From Perkinsus chesapeaki ATCC PRA-425 (lineage: Eukaryota > Protista > Perkinsozoa), in contig JAAPAO010000401.1 in the NCBI GenBank assembly GCA_013115145.1, positions 1 to 32,685 of the forward strand: a stretch of DNA of 32,685 bases, read 5' to 3'. This document shows, in pieces, positions 10,842 through 21,893 of the stretch. The notes beneath the pieces were generated by a model. That model saw nothing but the letters and a program-made list of their open reading frames with translations, was not told the origin of the DNA and did no database searches. The position numbers and the translations under genes are program-made. How positions within the stretch are numbered: the first letter of the stretch is position 1; every line of letters starts with the position of its first letter.

Positions 10842-11329
10842 GCTTAGAAGTAGTTCCAAAATGGAACGTATACATATTTCGTCGCCTGTTGTCCCCAAGG
10901 CATTCCCCTGTCATACCAATTATTGACCTTTTTCTGCCCTTGTTTATTCGCCGATTGTCTCAGCTCATCGAAGCTCATTACTGCTGGAACTGATGCCTTG
11001 TAGCATTTTCACAGTGTGTAGAATAGTAAGTTATATCCGTGTATTGTCGGGCAGTAGAAGAATCACTTCTCGGTCCTCGTAAGAGTATCGTCTTGAGTTA
11101 AGTGGCATAGTTGCAGTGAGCTCGAATGTGCCCTGATGTCCCAGACGTCTGGACAGCCGTCGGTCAGTTTTTCGGAGGTTATCTATCAAATTGGGCGCGA
11201 AATAGGACTTTTTCGTGAATTTCGGGAACTCAACCAGATGAACTTTTTCGTTGCAAGTGGATTAGTGCACGCGTGCGCATGGTGAGAGGATTCGCTGAGC
11301 ATTTTGTCATGTAGTTGGTTACCATCATT

Positions 11330-13115
11330 ATGAGTGTCCCCGAGGGTCTACATTCCTCCATCTCATCCTCCTCCTCCTACTCGTTATCTCCGAGTCAGCC
11401 CCTGTCCAGACTGGAAGGTTATCGTATACTCTATGTACCTTTATCGAAGGGCTCCCCATTAACACGTCAACTTATGGTTAAGCGGAATAGTCAATCTTCA
11501 GATCAACCAGGAGAATGGCCGAATGAAAGTAGAGTTCATAATGCAACAACATTCTGTCTCTTTTAAACAACCTGAATCAACTCCATGCCCGGTTGTCTAT
11601 AGAGGCGGTTCCCCGGCGCCGAATGTTATGGTTGGACGAGGAAAGGTTAGACTCGTACCAGCACTGATTTTCCATTTAGTAGGATGAGAATAGCAGATAG
11701 ATCTAAAGCTTATAGCATGGTTATCATTCCCTATGGATATCAAAGGTTTATAAAGAGACCTCCACTTTATTTAATAATTCATATATGATTTATATACTCA
11801 GTTTTGCTCTTGGTGTCTTGCATTGAAGCTCTCATTGACACTAAACTAATAACAGCTAGATCGACTCCCCCTCCTCAGGAACGCTTTTCGTAGCCCATCT
11901 AGATTACTGGGTCACAGAGAAGGCTCTAGCTCGTCTCTTCGAAGCCTTCGGTGACGTCGAGAGAGTCCGAATAAAGAAAGCTGTTAAACCTGCACAAACC
12001 AGCGCTGATAAAGCGGTAGGAATCTCATATCAATTTTTTGGCGAGGAAGATTCTTATCAGGATGGCATAGTCACGGACTTGGTCTTTGGCCATGTTCTCT
12101 TCGTATCAGAGGAATCTATGACTAACGTGCTGGAGAGTCCCAGCGCATCGATGGAGCTGGTAAGTTGAAATGTCCTGGCTCGGGATTGAACCAGGGTCGT
12201 TCGAAGGTCCATCGTGGCTTATGCTTGCCTTTGGCTAAAAGCGTTCTTAAGACGGCAGAGAAGAGCTCTCTACCGGCATCGAGCCAAGTGTCCACTACCA
12301 GGACTGTGGTGCATGGCGTGCCCGTTGTGTAGGCGTTGAATTCTTAATAGCGATGATGAGTAAGTTTGATAGATATTGTGATCCGCTAACTCTACAGAGA
12401 CATGTCGATGTGGCAATGGCTGAGCATGAAGACGAGGAGGCCGCTGAGAAAAGACGCCAGCAAGAGGTGAGGCTTTGAACTGCTGCGCGGAGAATCTTAT
12501 GGTGTCAGCCCGAGGTGGACGAAGATGGTTTCACGGTTGTTCGAGGCACGGGTGTTACTCGAGGTGCAGATGGATTCGCGGTGAAGGGTTATCGTGTGCC
12601 GACGGCAGCCACTGCTGGGGTGGACTATGGTGAACTGTTCGGAGGTAAAATTATAAGGCAACTCATTGGTTAAGCGGATGGCAGGTATCGGTCGAGGAGA
12701 TACTCAGCAGCGCAAATTGGAAAAAAAGAAGGCTAAGAAACAACAGGTGAGGGGAGGTAGATCCTGTTTTAAGGGGAGGTAGATCCTGTTTTAAGGGGAG
12801 GTAGATACTGTTTTAAGGGGAGGTAGATGCTGTTTTAAGGGGAGGTAGATGCTGTTTTAAGGGGAGGTAGATGTTGTTTTATAACATAGTTTTATCATTC
12901 TCAAACGTCGCTCACTGATGGGGCTCATTGGTAAGGTAATGGACTTCTACCGATTCCAGCATAGAGAACGTAAACGAGCAGAGTTTATAGAGGAACAACG
13001 GAGGAACTCGATTGATAAAGAGTAGGCCAATGATACCTGCTAACGACGGAAATCATGTACTGTGCTCAGGACTGTATCGGATATGAAGAGGCGTAAGATA
13101 TTCGAGATTAAGTGA
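11330..13115 (+). CDS. RRP7: Ribosomal RNA-processing protein 7 (RRM + RRP7 C-terminal domain)
   Basis: LEGYRILYVPL; GTLFVAHLDYWVTEKALARLFEAFGDVERV; PEVDEDGFTVV; KKKAKKQQ|VMDFYRFQHRERKRAE; ends KRRKIFEIK*. Confidence 0.88.
12750..12881 (+). repeat. 22-bp minisatellite x6 in RRP7 intron
   Basis: Unit AGGGGAGGTAGAT(C/A/G)CTGTTTTA repeated six times (the last unit has T in place of the following C), starting 3 nt after the GT donor. Confidence 0.97.
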
Positions 13116-14137
13116 TTTCCTCGAGATCATCCTATCTGCTGTAAAATGCAGAAACGTTTCCTTACCAAACTGGGCGGTTTGGAGTTTGAGTAAATTGTTG
13201 CAAGAAAATGGCGAAGATACGCGGCCAAGAGAACACCGCGAGGAATCATTGCAAAAGATGCGACAGGTCAAACCGTAAAGCAAGGTCACGCCGGTAAGAA
13301 TCATGTCATCAGAGCGAGCTCTGCGAGCTTCTGGCACATTGAGCCGTAGCGCGCAGATGGTCAGGAGATACTCAGAGTAGAACTAGTCCGACAATGAATA
13401 TTGAGTGAGACAACCCACAAGGAAAATGCTCTCTTTAAGGAGAAAGATACATTCCTCAGTAACAATCGAAATGGCATCAGGCTGCCGTTTCGTGGCGATA
13501 TTTTTCACGTACTACAAAATTGTGTCACGTTGGTGACGTGAAACATAGAAGAGTGATATTTGCCGTCTTGGGAACGGTTCATCTCAATTCAACTGTGCCA
13601 GTGAAATGCCTCGCTCCGCCAGCCGGAGGGGCACTTCATCGGATGTGATCTAGTTGTTGGGATAGGGCAGCCACGGTGGCTGAGCCACCGGATGTCAGGT
13701 TTGTGGATCTCGGGGGTGTCGCTTGAGGGCATTTACAAACCCATAGACCAGTGCACTTATGCGGAAATGTGGCAAAACCCGAATGATTCGGGATGAACAA
13801 TAGGCATCACAATTACTCTTTCACGAATGTGGTGAAGATCAGGAATCAGAATCTGATTATCAGATGGAGAAAAGATGCATGACGAGCGATGAGGAAGAGA
13901 AGGAGTTGCATACTCACGGGTAACCGGGAAAGAAGAACCGTCACGGTCACAAAGTCACAACGGTGACGCGCGGCGTCACGCGCCCGAAACGGAGCTTCAG
14001 TGAGATTCCTTATGATAGTTGAGAGATCAGCGTTGTCCTCCCTCGATCTACCACGCGTATGTTTCTGTCGGGTGAGTTACTGATCTCCACGATTGGAGTT
14101 ATGCTATCCCGTGCACTTACAACACTCTCTCCGTTAT

Positions 14138-14413
14138 TGAGTTACTTAATCAAGTTGTCAATTAGTTAATATCTGATGTACTTAATGAGTTACTTAATCA
14201 AGTTGTCAATTAGTTAATATCTGATGTACTTAATGAGTTACTTAATCAAGTTGTCAATTNNNNNNNNNNNNNNNNNNNNNNNNNNNNNNNNNNNNNNNNN
14301 NNNNNNNNNNNNNNNNNNNNNNNNNNNNNNNNNNNNNNNNNNNNNNNNNNNNNNNNNTTAGTTAATATCTGATGTACTTAATGAGTTACTTAATCAATTA
14401 GTTACTTATCAAG
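14138..14413 (+). repeat. 48-bp AT-rich minisatellite spanning an assembly gap
   Basis: Unit TGAGTTACTTAATCAAGTTGTCAATTAGTTAATATCTGATGTACTTAA, about 2.5 copies before and about 1 after the N-run. True copy number unknown. Confidence 0.95.
14260..14357. other. Assembly gap (N run)
   Basis: 98 Ns flanked on both sides by the 48-bp repeat. Confidence 1.
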
Positions 14414-14440
14414 TCTTCCCCTAAAAGTTGATAACCAGTT

Positions 14441-14854
14441 ATGATGCCGTCCTATCTCATTCTGATCTGTCTGGCCTACCAGTGTTATGCTTCCTACCCA
14501 GATGGGACCTTCAGTGGGCAGGTCGCTAACCCATACCTAAGGGTTTTGTGTGAGTTCCGTCAACTACCCACTCCCTATGTTGTCATCCATGTGAGCTGCA
14601 ACACGGTTATGCCGCCGGCTATTACGGCACTACCCATTCATGAAGTTGCTGGCACATGTGGTCAGCAACTGAGCGTGAACGCGACGGCTGCGACTATCGC
14701 AGTCATGGCGAGTATGACAAATTACCTCAACTCTATGTGTCCTGGTCGCGGCTACAATGCGGGAGACTTCATACTGTACGATGAGGCTACACAAGATATG
14801 GTGTATGATGTACACGTGGATGTCTTCACCATTAGGCTCTCTCGCGTCAACTGA
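14441..14854 (+). CDS. Intronless secreted protein, family member A (137 aa)
   Basis: Signal-peptide-like N-terminus; shared motifs P.GT/R(F/Y).GQ..PYL.V.C, V.CN, LN.MCPGRG..AGDF, YDV.V. Confidence 0.85.
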   Translation: MMPSYLILICLAYQCYASYPDGTFSGQVANPYLRVLCEFRQLPTPYVVIHVSCNTVMPPAITALPIHEVAGTCGQQLSVNATAATIAVMASMTNYLNSMCPGRGYNAGDFILYDEATQDMVYDVHVDVFTIRLSRVN

Positions 14855-16054
14855 GCTAAGCTGACAATCGTCAGAGGATTGTGGTTCACGTGGCATAAGT
14901 TATGCCTCTCATCTTTTGTTTAAGAAATGGATTCTGCTGACCGAAAATATTTCAGTTTATTCTAAGCAGCAGCGGGGATAACCCATCCTGTATGGGACAT
15001 ACATCTAGTTAGGCCACAGTAAGCCTTTTTTAAGAATACTTGTGTGTCGAGTTGAGAGTGTAGAGTCCTTGGGAGTAGAGCTAGAAAACCTAAGCTCACT
15101 GAGCATTGCTCAGCTGAGGCAATTCCCCTCGGGCTACTAAGAACCTGCAAACCGTGTCGACCCGACACTGTCGGGTTACCCAGCACGCTTGGTGCTGTAG
15201 CGTAGGAACTTCCTGCCCCGCTCAATGAGCGGCGCTCATGAGGCCTGAATCCGGTCATTAGGCTAGCCTTCGAGCTTGGTGAGCCACTGATAGGCTAGAC
15301 CCTTGAGAGAACTTCTCCTGCGCTTAGACAACGAGAATACCGAAACGAATCTTTTCTAACGAGATGGGGAAAGAAGGTCGAAGTAGACCAGCGCAAGACA
15401 GTCAACTTTCGAAGTTCGAACTGAGGCTATGAACATGACAGCATACTAGTCATACCGGAATCCGGTAACCGGATATACGGGAAAAGGGTATTAATGATAC
15501 AGCAATGCGAATTGATACCTCCATAGTATGGAGGTATTCCTAGCGATAGGTTTCTCTGATACTCGTGTTTGTGGGATCGTGGTAGAGTATCATCCAACAC
15601 ACTGCGTACTCGAAGCTATTCAGTGCGGTTCTCACACTGTCTTTTTTTATTGTCCAACGTGAATCCAGGCGCGTTCTCAGTACTTTCGGCCCTTCGGCAA
15701 AGATTCCTGACTGAAACTCTTTCATGTTGAGAGAGCTTTCTTATTGAAAGGGTGTCAATCCAATCGACTTGTTCAACTAAGGTCTGAGTTTGCCAAACTC
15801 AGTTTGAACTTACGAAGTCTTTTGCAGTGGAACTTCGAACGCTTTAAAAATTGTAAATAACAATCTCTCTGTGACAGAGACTCTGTCGATGGTGCATTAG
15901 TACGTTCGGTCCGCCTTCGCGTATGTGGCCTTGGTATACTCACCACAAATTGTGATCCACAACCCTTCTCTCAATCCTTGTTGAATTCTTAAACTTGAAG
16001 ACTCTTCACATCGGTCGGCAACACCATTTCCACATTGGCCGATATGTCACATAT

Positions 16055-16900
16055 CACACCCCCTCCCACAAGTTTAGAAAAAGTTGTGCGCGGCCTGAAA
16101 AGTAAGTTCTTACATCTAACAGCCACACTTCTGTAGTAGACACCCAGGCATGCTGGTTATACGATGTTAGCGTCCCGTCACTCAATTAGCTTCCAATCCG
16201 CATATACTCAACTGCTCGCATTTTACAACGTCACGCAATCTTAGCAAAACTTTGAAACACCTTCCTTCCTCGTACTTGAAGCACGTTCCCTTCTCCAGAA
16301 TAACTCGGACGCTCCACAGTTCCACTGTGACAAGCTTTTAAGTGACAATGTCTAAAATCTGACTCCACAAGACAAGGCTCGCATTAGAGCCATGTACGCG
16401 CAGAAGCTACCAAGTGGCCGTTGTCATTACTCTCGCAAGGTGATTGCTGAAGCCAATATTGTTCATGTGGCAACTGTGAGCAGAGTGATGACCGCGAACG
16501 ACGATGCCATTCAGCAGAAGAAGAGAGGGCCCAAGTTCAAGCTCAACGACCGTGCCCGCCGCCGAGTTGTTCGCTACTTCTTCCACAACCCTGGGTCTTC
16601 TGCTCCTGGTGCTATTAAAGAGCTGGGTCTACAGGTCTCTGCGGAGGGTGTTCATCCGTTCATGCGCGATTTGGATGCACAGTATGTCAAGCAACTTGAC
16701 TCAAGTGAGTGCAACTCCCCCCTTGGCTGATGCGCACAAGGCTGCGCGCGTTAGCTTCGCGAAACAGCACCTCCATTCTCCCACCGATTTCCGTAAGTGG
16801 GTATTGAGCGACGAAAAAAGTTCTGCCATGACGGGCCAGACGGCCTGTATTACGTATGGAACCTGCCTGGTAGCGTCGAGCAGTTCAAAAGCAAACGAGC
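16055..16900 (+). mobile_element. 3'-truncated Tc1/mariner (Tc3-like) transposon with frameshifted transposase (16348-16900)
   Basis: NLTPQDKARIRAMYAQK...KKRGPKFKLNDRARRRVVR...PLADAHKAARVSFAKQHL...KWVLSDEK/KFCHDGPDG. Absent at the paralogous site near 20687 (ACATAT|TATAT). Confidence 0.88.
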
Positions 16901-16977
16901 TATATCTGATCTCAACTTTAGTGCTGTCCGAGATCGTCTTTGCCACCAACTTGTTCATAGTGCACATCAGTACTATA

Positions 16978-17349
16978 CACTGCGCAACAAAGCTTCAGCA
17001 AGTTGTGTTTTTTTAGGATTTAGGAACAATTTAGGTGTGCTAATCAATGAATACCTCAGGTATAAGTTCCCTAAGCATAACAATTATACCCTCGAAGTTT
17101 CAGAGACAAACTCTTTGTCAGTATTGAGAAACAGGGAAATCGTGCAAAATCTGCGCAACATATTCTTAGCAATCACAGCTTGAAAATGCGCGCAAAATTC
17201 ACGTTTTTGTTAGGGAAGCATATTAAAGCGATTCGTTCAGAGCTAACCACATACACCTCTGAAAAGCTCACCCTTTCACTACTGAATGACATGAGTTGCT
17301 AAACTCATGCTATGAGTTACACAACTTGCTAAAGTTTTGTTGCGCAGTG
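16978..17349. mobile_element. 372-bp Tc1/mariner-type MITE with TA target-site duplication
   Basis: TA|CACTGCGCAACAAAGCTTCAGCAAGTTGTG ... CACAACTTGCTAAAGTTTTGTTGCGCAGTG|TA (28/30 TIR match). Empty site CAGTACTG-TA-TAACGAG at about 20755-20772. Confidence 0.93.
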
Positions 17350-18649
17350 TATAACGAGAGCGGGTGGAGGCGAATAAACAGCTCTCGGAGTCACACCGTA
17401 GTTGGCAGCTGTATTCGCGCGGCAGCTCTGGGCACTCCATAATACCAACCAGCTAATATTGTTGGATATCAGTATTATCATATCACGGAAGGCAGGCTCA
17501 GTGAGCCCGACTCACGTTGGTGGACCTCTCTGTTTGTGGATCATTATGATCTGCAAGTCAACGATTCCACAAGCTCCATACTGATATAGGGTGACACCCT
17601 CAGGGTGGCCCGAAAAGAAGCAAAAGCTTTCAAACACCGTATATGCCACCAAAATATTTGTCCATCTGCAAAAATTGGTCAAAACATCACATCTATTCGG
17701 AACACCCTGTACATTTCGAATTCCGTCAGTCACTACTTCGGAGCTGATACTTGAAGTCCCTCGATATCACATTATCATGAGGCCGAATAAATTTCCTTTA
17801 AAACTCGTAAGTTACAAATTAAAATCTTACGTAAATTATCTAAGGTCTTTGAGCGCCACGGGAGAAGTTGTGTCTTCGGGAGACAAGCCACATTCGTATA
17901 TAATAGTCTACTCCAAGGTGCGTGAAACTGCCGATTTTGGACGCTTATTGAACCCAGTGAGTAGACCTAACTTAGTACGAAATTTGTACTACTAATCCCA
18001 CAACCGGGTTCACGCTCGAACCGGACAACTGGGTTCGTGACGTGGCACATAGGCGAGCGGTACATGTCACCTTGGGAACGGGCTGTCCCGAAGTAAAAAT
18101 CCAATAAAGTAGTGGACTAGCTGTCCCAGTGGCCCTGAGTAAGCCACACTAATAAGGCTGCCTTATCAAGACAATCTTTGGAATATGATCTGGTGGTTAG
18201 GACAATGTAGCCGTCAGATCTTAGGTTCGGGAATGTAAAACTTCGAGTTGAGCCAAAGGTGCCACATGGGACACTTGCATTTATCCCGTAAACCAGTGCG
18301 CTTATGGCCCAATGTAACACTGAGGATGGCTACCGAATATCCAGCGATGACGGTCACGGATCATGCACGGGATAATAGTGGGAAATACGATGGCAAAAAT
18401 TCAAATAAATAGGGAGCGCCGGTGAGGACTAGTATGCTCGAGGCCCTCGGATCGAGGGTATTGTAGTTAAGGCAGGTGTCGCCAAGGTGACGTGACGGGA
18501 CTCCCGTCACGGGAGTATAGCTTCAATCACAGTCTTGGATTGGTAATATTGGCATCCAGTGGCCACCGTTTTTTCCTGTATAGTTGGAACTGATTGGCGT
18601 TCATCACAATCCGGGTAAACCGCACTTCTGAGTGCCGTGTACCACGTAA

Positions 18650-18677
18650 TCTTCTTCATCACAGTTGAGAATCTCGC
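18650..18677 (+). promoter_or_regulatory. Candidate trans-splice acceptor (pyrimidine tract + CAG|TTG) 13 nt before the ATG of gene B; conserved before C and D
   Basis: TCTTCTT(C/T)ATCACAG|TTGAGAATC...ATG at 18664, 19588 and 21880; similar AG|TTG before several unrelated genes. Confidence 0.5.
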
Positions 18678-19091
18678 ATGGTCGTCTTCGGTATCGTCGC
18701 TCTCTGCCTCACCTTTCGCTGTAACGCTGTTCTACCCAGTGGAAGATATGTTGGCCAAGCCAGGAGCCCTTATCTGAAAGTTGATTGTGCTTTCTACAGA
18801 ACCCCTAAGCCCTTCGTAACCATTACTGTGACCTGCAACCCGACTATTCCAGAGTCGCCCATGACTTCAGTCGACATTCTCCAGGTGCCTACTAGGCCTA
18901 AGGAGTTCTGTGTCAAGCGGAACCCTGAGAACATTGGAAAGATGAAGAATTTTACAGATCGTCTGAATGGTATGTGTCCCGGGCGTGGCTTCAACTCAGG
19001 AGACTTCGTGTCCTACATAGAGGTCGATAGCGGCTTAGAATATGATGTAAAAGTAAAAAACAGTAAAGTGAGACTTTACCTCGAGGCCTGA
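18678..19091 (+). CDS. Intronless secreted protein, family member B (137 aa)
   Basis: MVVFGIVALCLTFRCNA signal; same family motifs and cysteines. Confidence 0.85.
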   Translation: MVVFGIVALCLTFRCNAVLPSGRYVGQARSPYLKVDCAFYRTPKPFVTITVTCNPTIPESPMTSVDILQVPTRPKEFCVKRNPENIGKMKNFTDRLNGMCPGRGFNSGDFVSYIEVDSGLEYDVKVKNSKVRLYLEA

Positions 19092-19601
19092 TTGTATTTA
19101 AGTAGAAAGCTCCTGCTCGGTAGAGGGCCACATGAGGGTAGCCTTTCTGAGGTACGAGCAATTTTATTTTATCCATTTAGCAAATGGACTTTACTCTTTC
19201 GCTGGATCAACTCTATCGTGCAGCATAATGCTGCGAATAATAGTGAAATATCTCGACATTTCCCTAGCCGAGAACTCGTCTCATTGAATAGCAGGTCTCG
19301 AGTTGGTTGATAATCAGTGGTTATGACTCATAACTTATGAGGTGCCATTGGGAATTCCAATCCGGGATTCTAGAGGTATATTCTACCTACTCGAGATATT
19401 TTAGTTAAGACAGGTGTCGCCACGGTGACGTGACGGGAGCATAGCTATAATTACAGTCTTGGATTAGTAATATCGGCATCCAGTGGCCACCGTTTTGTCC
19501 TGTATAGTCGGAGCTGATTGGCGTTCATCACAATCCGGGTAAACCGCACTTCTGAGTGCCGTGTACCACGTAATCTTCTTTATCACAGTTGAGAATCTCG
19601 C

Positions 19602-20015
19602 ATGGTCGTCTTCGGTATCGTCGCTCTCTGCCTCACCTTTCGCTGTAACGCTGTTCTCCCTAGTGGAAGATATGTTGGCCAAGCTAGGAGACCTTATCTA
19701 AAAGTTGGTTGTGCTTTCTATAGAACTCCTAAGCCCTTCGTAACCATTACTGTATCCTGCAATCCGGTTATTCCAGAGTCGCCCATGACTTTAGTCGATA
19801 TTATAAAGGTGGCTGGTAGATCTAAAGAGTTCTCTGTTAAGCCAAATGCTGAAAATATTGGAAGGATGAAGGATCTCACAGATCGTCTGAATATTATGTG
19901 CCCAGGTCGTGGCTTCAGCGCAGGAGATTTTGTGCTCTACACAGAGGTTAATAGTGGCTTAGCATATGATGTAGATGTAAACAAAACGAAAGTTAGACTG
20001 TATCTCACGATCTAA
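19602..20015 (+). CDS. Intronless secreted protein, family member C (137 aa)
   Basis: N-terminus nearly identical to B; C-terminal half closer to D. Confidence 0.85.
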   Translation: MVVFGIVALCLTFRCNAVLPSGRYVGQARRPYLKVGCAFYRTPKPFVTITVSCNPVIPESPMTLVDIIKVAGRSKEFSVKPNAENIGRMKDLTDRLNIMCPGRGFSAGDFVLYTEVNSGLAYDVDVNKTKVRLYLTI

Positions 20016-20099
20016 GCTGAGATCTTCGAAAACATCCCAAATAAGTTACATCCGCCATCTTTTTGTTGATGGCAGCCTTACTGAGATATAACCAACCTT

Positions 20100-21550
20100 A
20101 TTTTGTCCTTTTTCTCGGGGGGGTTGGCATTATTATGTTGGCACTTGGATATTTTGTCAGCCTAGATCCTAGGCCCTAGAACCCATTCTATTTAACAACA
20201 TGTGTCGAGTTGATGAAATGGTTATGTGAAAAGTTCCCGCGAGAAACTCATTCTATAGGTATATTCTGCCTCTGCCCATGCGAGAAACTCTCGAATTCCT
20301 TCGCTAACAACACACGATGATGAGGGAACCTATTCCATTTGCTTTTATATCGGCACACGACTACACTTAACCTCCTCCGAGAACCTGGGCCGCGTTTCTC
20401 GGGAAGGAAGCAGGGAGCTGCGGTGCTGAAAGTCGGCTTGCCCAGGGGTGTAGAGCTACTGAGTTTGAACTTACGAAGTCTTCTGCAGTGGAACTCCGAA
20501 TGTCGCTCACTCTACAACCTCTCTCTCGGTGGTGCATTAGTACGTTCAGTCCGCCATCGTCGCGTATGTGGCTTTGGTATACTCACCACAAATTGCGGTC
20601 CACAACCCTTCTCCCACCAATCCTTGTTGAAGACTCCTCACGTCTGTCGGCAACATCAGTTCCACATTGGCCGATGTGTCACATATTATATGTGAGTTTA
20701 ACTTTAGTGCTATCTGGAGTTTGTCTTGGCTATCAACTTCCTTATAGTGCACATCAGTACTGTATAACGAGAGCGGGAGTAGGCGAGTATACAGCATTCG
20801 GAGTCACACCGTAATGGGCAGCTTTGTGTCCCGAAAAGAAACAAAGGCTTTCAAACACCGTATATGTCACCAAAATGTTTGTTCATCTGCAAAAGTTGGT
20901 CAAAAAATCACATCTTTTCGGGACACCTATATATACATCACTCAGTACTTCGGAGCTGATACTTGAAGTCCCTAAATATCACGTTATCACAAGGCAGGAT
21001 GAACCTCCTTTACAACTCATAAGTTACAATTTGAAATCTAAGGTTTTTGGGCGCATCGGGAGAAGTTGTGTCTTCGGGGACAATCCACATTCTTATATAA
21101 TAATTTACTCGAAGGTGCGCGAAACCGCTGATTTTGGATGCTTAAGTTTTACGAATATTAAATCAAGTTAGTACGGAATTTTCACAACTAATCCCACAGG
21201 AGGGTTCAAACTCGAACCAGGCAGTTCGATTCGGGACGTGACACATAGGCGAACGGTACATGTCACCTCAGGATTGGGCTGTCCCGAACTACAATCCCAA
21301 TATAGTAGCGGACTACTTGATCGGGGCGCTCTGAGCAAGCCACAATCATAAAGCACTCTTACGAATATGGTTTAGTAGTTAGGATAATGTTGCCGTCAGA
21401 TCCTCGGCTCGTGAATGTAAAATTTCGAGTTGAATCAAAGGTGCCACATGGGACACTTGTATTAGTCCCGTGAACCAGTGCACTTGTGGCTCAATGTAAC
21501 GCTGGGGATGGTTGCCGATCGTTCAGTTATGGCAATCAATGATCATGCAC
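20100..21550 (-). pseudogene. Decayed partner gene (copy 2)
   Basis: ALH*ATSALVHGTNTSVPCGTFDST with stops. Nucleotide-colinear with copy 1 but lacks both transposon insertions. Confidence 0.5.
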
Positions 21551-21893
21551 GCCAGAAGACAACTAAACCGATATCAAAAAGTCAGGTAAATAGCGAGCGA
21601 TGAGGAGGACTAGTATACTCGGGGGCCCCGAGTCGGGGCCCGCGAGTGGTGAGTGACATAGCAGTGAAGACAGAATCACCACGGCGACGTGCTGGGAGTA
21701 TAGCTTCTATTGCAGTCCTGGATTAAGTCTTGATCTAAGAGTCTTAGACTAAGACTAGTGATATTGGCACCCAGTGGCCACCATTGCGGCCTTTATAGCT
21801 CGAACCAATTGGGGGTTTATCACAATTCGGCTAAACCGCATTTCTGGAAGCCTTGTACCACATGATCTTCTTCATCACAGTTGAGAATCACTC

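Larger units (their letters stand above)
15000..18360 (-). pseudogene. Decayed intron-containing partner gene (copy 1), interrupted by two transposons
   Basis: Minus strand begins VLHWAISALVYGINASVPCGTF; internal FTHLGVDYYIRMWLVSRRHNF with GT-AG introns and several in-frame stops. Colinear with 20100-21550. Boundaries approximate. Confidence 0.5.

Noticed and set aside
12750-14413. Tandem repeats as possible CRISPR arrays
   Set aside because: Units are contiguous with no unique spacers, the context is eukaryotic, and there are no cas genes.
17591-21171. Plus-strand ORFs 17591-17995 and 20824-21171, open in both duplicated copies
   Set aside because: Splice signals and the more protein-like reading are on the minus strand; these start at GTG and look like antisense shadows of the decayed partner gene. 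Not fully excluded without RNA data.
13961-21690. GG(T/C)GACG(T/C)G motif upstream of all four secreted genes (13961, 18486, 19424, 21683) as a bZIP/CRE-like site
   Set aside because: The flanks are homologous by duplication, so conservation cannot be separated from shared descent.
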